64,000 bases of DNA from Asterias rubens (Eukaryota). The stretch is from contig NC_047062.1 of the NCBI RefSeq assembly GCF_902459465.1, positions 16,120,001 through 16,184,000 of the forward strand, read 5' to 3'. Both the position numbers and the translations under genes were made by a program. Positions 37,401 to 49,400 of this stretch are shown here, piece after piece. The stretch's first letter is position 1, and every line of letters begins with the position of its first letter. The notes under the pieces were generated by a model that saw only the letters and a list, made by a program, of their open reading frames with translations, was not told the DNA's origin and did not search any database.

Positions 37401-40400
37401 TTCCCATGGATTTGTTTGGTCTCATGACTTGAGAAAGTACTGAGTATACAGTGCAAAACACACATCAGTATAGGTGATGTTTGAAGCTTTGCATTGTGTA
37501 AACAAAAATGGGTAAAATCAAAATATTATTCTCTATCCCAATGCAAACTTAACATCCATTCTTGTTGACTTTTCTCCACAGTGTGTGGTCTCTACAACTG
37601 TATCTCTCTCCTGATTGAGAGTGGTTGCACTCCAGCCACCCCGGACATCCACGGAGCCTACCCAATCCACTACGCCACCCAGATGTGTGGAGATCCAGCC
37701 ATGGCTACTGCTGGGCTGAGATGCCTACAGGCTCTACTCCGTAAAGGTGGCAGCTCTGTTAATTGTGTGGATAAAGGCGGCAAGACGCCACTATTGTGGG
37801 CAGCTTCTGCTGGTAATATCAAAGCTTGTAGACTGCTGGTTGACTTAAAAGCTGATATAACCCTCTCTGATGACAATGGTTTAACAGGTATTTGTCATTC
37901 TTGTATTCAATAATTTGGGGTTGAACGAAGAAACAGTGGTTAGAGCGGGATTTGAACCAAAGACCTCCGGACTTTGGTTGTAACAACTGAAATTAGCTGT
38001 TGTGTTTTTTAAAGATTTTCAGATACAGTTTTCTTGAACTTCATTTCAGAGGGAAATAATTCTGTATCCTCTGTAATATTTTTGTATCCTTACCAATCCT
38101 GGGCCCAATTTCATAGAGCTGCTAAGCATAAAAATTTGCTTAGCATGAAATTTCTTCTTTGAAAAAAAAACAGGATTACCAACCAAATTTCCACATGATT
38201 TTCAGGGTAAGCAAACAACAGCTCAATACAAGCAATATGCAACAAATGGAAATTTGGTTGATAATCCTGTTTTTATCAAGGAATAAATTTCATGCTAAGC
38301 AAATTTTCGTGCTTAGCAGCTCTATGAAATTGGCCCCTGTACAGTTCCTTTTAGACTTCACACTGATTTTAAAGGTACAGTAATGTTTTGGCTGTATTCA
38401 CTTTCACTACTGATAAGTGTCTTATTTTGGTGGGGTGTCCCAAATCTTCAAGGCTTGAATGCAGTGTGTGTTCTTATTTTATATGATTTTGGGGGTTGAA
38501 CGAAGAATTGACTAGAGTGGGATTCAAACCAACGGCCTCCGGATTAAATAACGTGCCGGCGCTCTTCCAACTGAGCTATATATAGCCCTATGTTGGCAGT
38601 GTCACTATTTTGTCAATATCTTTGATCGGGGTGCCAGTCAGAAGCCATACAAACGTTATATGCTGATATTCTTCTTTCTTCTACTACCAGCTCTACACTG
38701 TGCTGTATGTCGAAATCACCCGTCCTGTTTAGAGGCATTACTTAGGGACTGTCGCTGCGAACCGAACCCAGCAGACAAAGGGGGTTGCACACCACTGTTC
38801 TACGCTATCACCATGGATCACGGTGAGTGCGCCCTCACGCTGCTGAAATATGGAGCATCGCCAAGCTGGAAAGATCAAGATGGGAAGAGGTAAGTTTTTA
38901 TAAAGTGATCTTTTAAGCTCTGTGTGGTGTTAATAGGAATAAACTGTAAATAAAAGTCAACTTGCGGTACAACTATACAACCATGTGTAAATCTCTTTTG
39001 AGGGAGTGTTGGCTCCGACAAGAGCTGGTTTGGTCTTGAAGTTTCAAACAGTATACTCTGCTCGTCTTCAGTTTTTGTCTGAAGTTCTCACTTGAGAATA
39101 GTCGAATGAATAAAAATATTACAAATGTTCTGACCTTGTCTTTCAACATTCAGACTGTCATTGTAACTTGTCAGCTATTCCAAGGGGCTAAGAGCAAGTT
39201 GTAAAAGTACTTTCATGCAAATGTCAATGGAATGGGATTGGTAACTATAAAATAAAATACGCATTTTTTTAAAAATATGTTCAGTCATGTTCCCTGTGTG
39301 GAATATTGATTATGAATTGTAATTCTCATCATACTAAAAAAGGGCTTAAAGGCAAAGTGTGTTTGGTAATTATTCTTAAAACTATAATGGCAAAAAAAAC
39401 TCATTATTGTTTAAAGTCTACAGCAGCTTTTTCAGGTTACGGATTATTCTTCCTTTGTGGACATAACCACTTTGTATTTTGGGCAATATCTCAAAAGCGC
39501 ACCCACGTTTTGAAATGTTAATTTTATTGTGCATATCTACATTTATATAGGATTAAAACAATCAAACGGTTCCCAAAACCAAAGGTATACCGTTGCTAGT
39601 TAATATTCAACTTCTATGGTGTCTATGATCTGTTGAAATCAAGGACTTTTATGCAGTTGCACGATCACAAAATAATAATAATAAATAAGTTGACTTTCTG
39701 AATTTCTCATCAGTCCGGCATTCTGTGCTGCATCTAGAGGTTCAGTACCGATCCTGAAGTTACTAAATAATTATGGAGGCTCACTTCAGCTTCGCACTAT
39801 CAGCAAAGATACTCCACTAACTCAAGCTGCTAAAGCTCAACATATAGGTAAATCATATGTTAATATGAACTGTTAACAGCGTAAATGGTCACTCCAGATG
39901 AGTAAAGTGTGGTTCAAGTTTTTTTATTGCACAAATTGCAAAAGCAAAGTGAATTCCCTTGCGGCACAAGAAGAAAACATCTCGTTAGGTATTATTTGCA
40001 TCACAGATTGTGCTTCGTCATCGCTTTCGCTTGAAGTATTAACTGTGCTTTAGTGACATCAGTATAGTATAATCTTAAAGTTGCTGATTGAAGGTTTTCT
40101 TCATGAGATTTTTTATGCAAATAGATTTTCAAAATGATTAATTTCAAAAATGTATTAACCTAAAGACTATGTGATTAATGTGGTGGTTGGTATTTTAGTT
40201 TATCTATTAGTTTATTAACATTTATATTTAATTTATTATTATTTATTTCGTCTTCTCTTTTGGTTTAATTTTGAATTGCTTTCATGTTCATTTTCTGCCT
40301 TTCACTGATTTTACTAAATGAATAACAAAATGTTTCCCATTGCATGTGAGTTTCATTTTGTTCCTCTCATCATTTTTTTTCTTTCTATTTTGCCCAACAC

Positions 40401-43400
40401 AGAAGCTGTGTCTTTCTTATTGAAGCATGGCTGTAAAGTGAATACCAGGGATGGCAGTGGACTGACATCAATGCATCACGCTGCAACCAATAACAGTGTC
40501 TTGCTCTGTACACTTCTTCATCAGCATGAGGCAAATATTAACTCTGTCTGTGTGACTAAACAGGTACGTTGGCTTCTTGGGACCATTCTGTATTTTAGTT
40601 TGAGGTGTGTCGAGTTTATCTGAAGTGGTAGAGATAAGCTTGAATCATCAGTAATGCTTTCAACCTTGTGTTCAATTACTTAATTGCCGTTTGCCAATTT
40701 TGTTTTAATGTTTTGTGAATTTGTTCGTTTCAATGTAGAAAACAAAAAAGGATTTTTAAAATTAATACTAATAACAAGCACTGTACATATATATTTGTTA
40801 TGCTTTCCCCTCTCCTTTGTATGTGTCAATTGTCTTTTCCGAGTAATGAACTTGAAATTCTATTTGTACCTGTAAGATAATAATAATAATAATAGTAGGT
40901 ATTTGTAATGCGCCAAATCAATCTTTACAGATGTTCAAGGCACAAGCAGAGACAATGTAAACACCAAAATACATGTACATATCCAGTGAGTGCTAAACAA
41001 ACAATAATAATAACACCATTTAAAACAAAAAAAGATGACCAATTCTCCATCGTAACCTCATTCTTCTTTTTAGGGGAAACCACGTACACCCCTTGACTGT
41101 GCAGAGGAGTCAAACAGCAGGGAGTGTGTCGCATACCTACTCTCCCTGGGAGCTAAACATGGCTCCGAAATCCCTGAGGAGCTCTGGCAAAGTGAGGAGG
41201 AAGAAAAAGATAAAGAAGAAGATGGAAGAGATGCTTCGGGAGAGGAGATTGCACTTCATAATTTGAACGAAGATGAGAAACACAAGAAGATGGATGAAGA
41301 ACAAAACTTGGGTGATGATAAGGAGCAAGACCAGGAACGAGACGAAACACAAGAGCCTCCTGTCAAAGAAGAGGTGGAAGATGAGGCCAAAAGTAAAGAG
41401 GGCTCGTCAGACCAGGACTTGAAGACGAATGAGGACAGGGTAGCTAGGAAGAAACCTCAAAGCAAGTGTAAAAGCGGCCCTAACAAAACAAATGCTGAAG
41501 AATTGGAGACAAAACTAGCCAACTGGAATACATATTTACAAGGTTGGTGGTTTATTTTAGTAGACACTTTTGTCACAAGAATTTAAAGGCAGTGGACACT
41601 ATTGGTAATTACTCAAAATAATTATTGGCATAAAACCTTACTTTGTAACGAGTAATGGGGAGAGAATGAAGGTATAAAACATTGTGAGAAACAGCTCCCT
41701 CTGAAGTGACCTAGTTTTGGAGAAAGGAGTTATTTTCCACGAATTTGATTTCAAGACCTCAAGTTTAGAACTTGAGGTCTTGAAATCAACCATCTAAACG
41801 CACACAACTTCGTGTGACAAGGGCGTTTTTTTCTTTCATAGTTATCTTGCCACTCCGAAGACCGATCGAACTCAAATTTTCACAGGTTTGTTATTTTATG
41901 CATATGTTGAGATACACCAAGTAAGAAGACTGATCTTTGACAATTACCAATAGTGTACACTGTCTTTAACCTCTAGAATATTTCAAGTTCAGTAACAGGG
42001 GAACAATCACTAGAGTTTTGGAGTGCAGGCCTACTAAAACATATCTTGTAAAAGTTCTCTAAAAAAGCATGAACTTGTAAGAACCTCACATATAATACTG
42101 TTATGCTTGGCTTAATAGCTGTTTAAAAATGTGCTGATATTTAGCTGCAATGAAATTCCTTAAAACTTCTGTCTTATTTTACAGAATTCCTTGTGTCTTT
42201 GTGGAGTGTAAGGTCTAACCCAAATTGTTTGTTAAATGAAAGGTTATGGGCAGGGAGTCGGGGACATTCTCAACTCTTTTTAAGAAATTGGTCCCAGATT
42301 TTGAAAGCCTAAAAGATTGTTCATAGTTGCATAAGATTTCTTTCTCCTCCTTTTTCCAATTAAGATAACGTGGAATTCTTGGATGTAGTCATCAACTCTC
42401 AAGCCCAAGAGCTGTCAGAGGCAAGGCAAAAAGCCAGGAGCCAGAAGAAAGAACTTGTTGGCCGTTTAGAGGAACTCAAGACAGAACTGGAGAGAAGCTG
42501 CAAAAGGCTCTATAAAGACGTAGAACAAAATGTAAGCTGAAATCATCTCCTTTTCATATTAATATCAAAGTCTTATATAGCGCACATATCTACCAAACAA
42601 GGTACTCAAGGCGCTGAGTATATATACAAACTTTCAGAAAGATAGGTTATTGCAGTGATGAATTCTGAGACCCAACTATTTAAGCACCTTATTAGGGTTT
42701 ACAAGGTGCTACAGGGGATACAGTAGCCACAGCCAGGAACACAGGGGTTAACCCCTTCTCTTTTCGATAAGTGCACTGGGTTCTTTTACATGCATTACAC
42801 AACACATGGGACCAATGGCTTTACGTCCCATCCGAAGCAATGGTGAAGTGTCTTGCTTAAGGACACAAGTGTCACGGCTTGGGATTCGAACCCACACTCT
42901 GCTGATCAGAAACACCAGAGTTTGAATTCGGTGCTCTTAACCGCTCGGCCACTTCCATATTAATGTAGAAAGACCAGCAAAAGCAGTTAAAATAAAAAAA
43001 ATTACTGAGCGCTTTGCCAATTCGGCCATGGAAATATTTGGTGGTAATTTCAAGAGAAATTCACTTTTAAGCCAGTTTCAGAACTAAATAGTTTTCAACA
43101 TGGATAACTTTAATCAGCGGCTTCTTAATGAACATTTTGTTTAACTGTTTAAGGTTATTTTTTGTCCTACAGGTCAAAGATTAATAATGTACTTTCTTGG
43201 TTCCAAGTTTTTTTAATTTTAAATTTTAAATTTATTTCTTTAAACCTGAAATTATTTTCCATTACACCTTAGCTTCTTCTACTTGTCAATTGCTATTTAT
43301 AGATTTAAAACTTCTTGGAACACTACCGTTTTAATCATCTTTGTAAATTGGTTTTTTTTTAAATATTGTTTTGTTTTTATATTTGATTGTTTTGTTGTAT

Positions 43401-46400
43401 TTTTAACAATTTATATTTTGTATATTTTGAATGGTTTTCTACAGATTCGTGGCAGTTCTCATACTGGGAGATAAATAAACAATTCTTCAGCAAACTGTAG
43501 AATTGTAAAAAAAATAATCTACACTTTCTTCAAAAGTATAGTTAAAATGAAATATTATGTTAGAATGAAATAGCAATGTTTCTGAGAGGGCATTCAGCAA
43601 GAGCTTTGTATCAGGTTGGTAATGTCTAGTCCTTTGTATCTTTGGGTTTTTCCTCAATTTTTTCGTTTGTCTTTTGTCTTGGTTTTTCTCATTAATTGAA
43701 TATTAATTCTGCGATTTGTTGTCTTTGTATGTTCTTTGTTGCATATTGAAGTAATACAAAAATTAAGTTAAACACTTTTTGGTTTTTTGGTTTTCAGGAG
43801 AGCAAGAGAGAAAGCACCCAGACAGATATTGCTGTAGTCAGGAGACTGCATGACATCGAAGAAAGATTTCAGGTATAACTCAACTCTATCTACTAAGGGT
43901 CTTTGTTTGTTACCAAGCCGAATACTCTCACATCAATCAGCATGACTTGAAAGAACCATTGTTAGATAACCAACTGTGGTGCGCCTGACACTCGCAAAAG
44001 CAATTCCGTCCAAGCCCCTTGTGTGATGCTGATGGTATAAATTTTGTTATCACTCTTAAAATTATTGGCAATAAAAGCCATTGAAACCCTATCGCAGAAT
44101 TTTGAGAAACATTTCACTTTGAAGCAATGTGGCTATTTAAAAAGTATGTATAAGTTTTTATGCCCCAAAATTTGAATCTGAGAATCAGATTGTGTATTCC
44201 TATTAGGGATTATTCTTCTTCCTGCTTGAACATATTTGCTCCGGATTGAAAAAAAACCAAAACATTACAACTAACAGATCCCAGGCTGGGAAATGGTTGA
44301 GGTTTGAGTTGGCGCTTGAAGGTGGTAGTAGGTTCTGCTTACTTGATAGCACACGGCAACTTGTTTCACAATTAAGTCAGTCGCAAGAAATTCAGACTCA
44401 TGAGTGAAGGTATTTATAATATGGTCAGACTTCTCTTCTCTGTGTGTGTAGAGAGCTAATGCATCAGCAGCAGCCAGCTTGGATGAGTTCCGTGCATCAC
44501 ACTTTAAGGTATCAGACAGTGGAGACAGAGAGGGTGAGAATCAGGCTAGTGGTGATGAATCAATACCTGATGGAAACAGGTCAGTAATAATAATAATATT
44601 AGAACAATCTTATATTCCGCGAAATATAACTGGAAGAAACCTTGATGCGATTTACTAAAACTTAAAATTACAAGGAATGAGAGGCAAGTTGAAACAGATG
44701 GGTTTTGAGGTTTGATTTAAAATGGTCGAGGGTAGCAGCTGTTCTAAGTGAAGATGGTAGGGCATTCCACAATTTGGGTGAGGTGATTGAAAAAGCCTTG
44801 GAGCCATATGACTTAGCCCTAGGTGTGGTGGTGGTCAGGAAGTTTGGGAGGAGCGGAGAGATCTAGGAGGGTGATGACACTAGCAGAGGGCCTTAATATT
44901 GTTTTTGTTTGTTACCCAGTACATCTTGTCTTTGTATTCTGTTGTGTTTTTCTCAAGAGCGCTTAGGGACATGTTTGATTTCTATGTGTTATGCGCTATA
45001 TAAGAATGGTTAATTATTATTTAATAATGTAGCAACATATGCAGAATTTGCGTCAGAATTTATTGGATTCCACATGGACTATTTATTTTTTAAACAATGT
45101 ATTGTACATTAACCTTCCTACTCTCAGACCGTTCACAAGCTTCCTTTAAATCGTTCCTTTTTGCAATACAGACCGATACAAACATTCCGCAATACCTGCT
45201 CTAACGGAACTCATAAATGCCAAAGACGGGCCTGGTTGGTTTACAACAATGACCGTCTTGCTTGCACCTTGTTTGTATTTTTCTAGTCTCAAGTTGAATT
45301 CTTTTAAATTTGCTGTAGACTGCTAAAGCCACTTGGCTTTTGTGTTTGTTGTTTTTTTGTAATTGTCTATTTGTCATATTTGACAATTTTATATCGTTAA
45401 CTATAAACAATGAAGCGATTTTGGCCTTCGGGCCAGAGTGTTCAAATTGCAATCACTTGATAATAATTATACTATAAATATGTATATCATTCGCTGTGGT
45501 TTTGAGTTGTCGATGAGTTCGCTCAAATTGATTGGGAGTATTTGAGTGTAAATAATGTTAAGATATCATTCACTTTTACATATGTTTCTGTTCTTTGGAT
45601 AACTTGCTCCATCTGCAGGCATATGAAGTGCTGTGTTGAATGCCAGGTGGTGCACCCACATTGAAAGGCCAATATCACTGGCCAAAGTATTTAGCTCTGT
45701 GTCGGGTAAATGTGGAACGATGTTGATTTGTACTTGAAATGTACCCTCCAGGTTTGATTCGAGCCAGCAAAATAATGAAGCATGGATGGAGAAAAAGAAC
45801 AAAGACCATTTGCAGAAGACAAGAATACAACAAGCGTCATCGAGCATGAAGCTTATGAATTCCCCAAAGATGGGTAAGGGTATAAGTCAATACACTCAGT
45901 CGATGTTCCCATGTTCCCATAAGATTTTCCAAATGAAAGTTGCCATGCCCTTTCAACATGTTAAAAGATGAAATTCCAGGCTTGTCAGGTTCCAATACAC
46001 CATGACTTGCCAACAGAATTCATGGTTGTAGAGTTGTATTCTTGAGAATGTTGCTTTAACAGATGTTAGTTTTGCATCGGGGATAAAGAGTACAATTTGT
46101 TTTTACTCTCTAAATGTAAAAGAGTGAAAAACACCACTCTTTACATTTCGAGCTGTCCCTCGAATGGCTCTTCAAAAAGAGTGGTGGTTATTTCACTCTT
46201 TTAGAGTGGTTTCACTCCAGGACAGAGTGAAAAATCACTCAAAAAGATGCAAACTTCAATCTAAAAGAGGGGAAGACCACTCCAAAAAGAGTTGTCCTTC
46301 ATATGGCTCTTCAAAGAGTGCTTTTTCACTCTTTTACATTAAGAGAGTACCCTTAAAACGGTGTGTGTAAATAATAAAACAGTTGCTTTACAGAAAAACC

Positions 46401-49400
46401 AGCCATAGTCAAAACAATGAAAAATAATGCTCTCAATTACAACCAACAGATGTTATACACTAACTTAAAGACTGCCTTAACAGAGACTGCTTTTGTTTAC
46501 TTCCAGCTGGTCACAGGAGTAGAAGACACCCCAAACCAATGAGGCGTAGCCACTCCATCCCTGATCATCGAACTGTTAAGTCACCATATAATGCTAAAGT
46601 TATCATCCCTCTAAGGTAGGTTTAGATGTCAGAAATAGTTCAGTCGATCATGGTTTTGTGCAGCCGTGGTGTGTAGCTTTATCTACTGCTGCAATCATCA
46701 ATCATCAGTTATATAATTGCAACTGCAAAGAGGAAAGTAAATTGTAGCATTTTAATGACTATAATTTAAATGCTTTTTACTAAATGTTGTTGTCATTGTC
46801 TACATTCTTGAAGTGTTTTACTGGAATGTTAACGGTTCTTTTTTTTCTTCCTCCTTCTTAGGAATCATTTAATGTTTTATGTTCTTTCATGGGTTTTTGT
46901 TGTTGTTTTTTAGTGGTTCATGAAATTCCTGTTTATGCCTAACATTGTTTCATACATTTCGGTCTGTTTATTGGCTGCCTGTTTTACTTCTTTTAATTTA
47001 TATAAAGCGTCTTGAGTGTTGTTTTTTAGGCAGATTTTGGCGCTATATAAATGCTTGTTGTTATTATTATTTATTATTATGGCTAACTAGTAATTCTGCA
47101 TAAGCTTTTGTAGCAACAGCAATGAAATTAGATGCAATAAAGAAAAAACTTCAAATTGCATTAGACGATGATGAGGACGTAGTTGTTGCTACAAAAGCTT
47201 AAATGCAGATATTTATTTATTACTTTAGTCATTAAAGTGCTATACATTTTACATTCCTCTTTTCAATTACTTGACTAACCAGGCTACCCACCAAAAACAA
47301 AAATCATTTTAAGGGTATCAAACACAGTTGCATTTCCACCAATTTATTGTGAGTTTAGAGACCTGCTCTTTTTGTCCATTTTCATAAGGGCTCTATTGAA
47401 TTTTGTTTTAGAGAACAACAAGATCTGAATTTGACTTCGGAGCCCCTCTGTAGGGCCGAGTTGGCAAATGTGGTTTATTTTGTGTGTGTGTATTTGATGC
47501 ATGTTTTTTCCCATTAATGATATTTTCTTTTTCTTAACTCATACAATGTGTATGTAATTTTATGCTTTTACCCGTTTATTGTTAATTTCTATTTTGTAAT
47601 TTTGAATGGTGTCAGCCATTTGGTTGATTTTTTTATTCTGACTAAACCGTTAATAACCATACAAAACCTTATACAAGTTACAACTTCTGAGTGACTTTTC
47701 CTTGCAGAGAGCCAGAGCCTCGACGAAGACGAAGCAACGAGAGCCAACTCAGTGGTCATGAGGAAGCTCAACTCCGTAGGAGGATGGGAGAATTAAACAG
47801 AGCTGCAATGTACCCCAGCGCAAGCCAGATGAAGATCAGAGAATATGAGGGCATATACGACTTGAAAGGTAAGACTTCATGGAGAAGTATTACATTACAC
47901 ACTATTAGGTATTCACATCAGAGAACTATTGTCGTTTTAACTTGTACCCTGTTTATTATATTAGCTATATAAAATAATATCTTTAAATTCTGTTGAGTTT
48001 CAAAGTGTATACCGAATGAATAATAAGAGAGATCTTCTCTGAGTGCTTGTGCAATTCATTTTTAGTCTGGTCTTGTAAAATAAAATCCGTCCAAATCTGT
48101 CCAAATGTTTTGTTTCTTGTGGATTTTACCTACAAAATTTAGCCATGACTAAAGGCAGTGGACACTATTGGTAATTGTCAAAGACTAGCCTTCACAGTTG
48201 GTGTATCTCACCATATGCATTAAATAACAAACCTGTGAAAATTTGAGCTCAATCGGTCATCAAAGTTGCCAGATAATAGTGAAAGAAGAAAACGACCTTG
48301 TCACACGAGAAATTACCAGTAGTGTCCACTGCCTAAGTCAGTATGTTTCAGACTTGTAGATTTGCTTGAAAAGCCATTAGTCAAATTAATTTATTTTTTT
48401 TCTTTCCCAGGTTTGTCCACTTTCCTGTCCATATACAATTGATTATGATATAGTTTATTGACTCGCCACACCAAAAGCAGAGACTGAAGAAATGACCTCA
48501 TTCACTAGAGTAAATTTATTAACAGAAATGTCCAAAAGCTCAAAGTAATGAACCATGTTTATGGAACCATTTCCAAGGAGTTCAGTTCCCAAGTGTCAAT
48601 GTCTCTGCATGTTTTATTTTCCTTCGGTAAATTATCAGAACACCCCTTGAAAATTTGCCAACTTCCTTAGCAGATGTGAGTTGCTAAATAAGAACATGAC
48701 ATAATTACCAGGCCCCTAGATTTTTGCATTGAATTATAGGCCTTGGAGATGATTGACTCACTAACCTTTGCCATCTTTATGATTTTCTTTGCAGATTTGA
48801 CTCTTGTCTCTTAACATATATTTAGGCATATATTCCTTTTCCATATTTGTTCAATTATGATATCAAGTTTGAATTTTATTTGATAATGATATCAAGTAAG
48901 ATTCTCTTCTTTTAACTAAAATCTTTTAATTAACTGATACCAGTTGTAGTAACAACATGTACCTTTAAATAATTTTCTCTTCAAAATATGCTCATATTTA
49001 CTTCCTTTGGTCGATTTCAGGAAGCACTAAGATTCATCATGATGAGTCTTCATTTGTATTGTGACATAACACTTTGATCAGCAATTAAGATTGATTCACA
49101 ACTTTAAAGTATCAATCTTAGCTCTTTGTGAAATCAACCCCAGCTCCCATAAAATGAAAATATAAAGTTGCAATATCTTATAATTATCATATGGTTGTTT
49201 TGTTTTCCTTCAAAATAACAACTTAATTGTAATTTTGTGATAACGGTCAGATTCGAGTCATATATGACTTTATACATCAAGTTAAAAAGCTTGCCTGCAA
49301 ATATTTTTTTTTCCAACAAATGTGAGCACCCTGTGACCCTTTAAAAAACAAAGTCATTTGTTAACCTTTAACCCTATTACATTGCTTCCTATTGAAATAT

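Noticed and set aside
38510-38588. Functional tRNA gene
   Set aside because: Acceptor stem and anticodon arm do not pair properly, and a partial duplicate lies nearby; treated as a tRNA-derived repeat.
48411-49070. Alternative last exons of the ankyrin gene (48411.., 49021..)
   Set aside because: In phase but very short with unremarkable peptides; the 50312 exon has a good acceptor, a longer frame and a downstream AATAAA. Not excluded.
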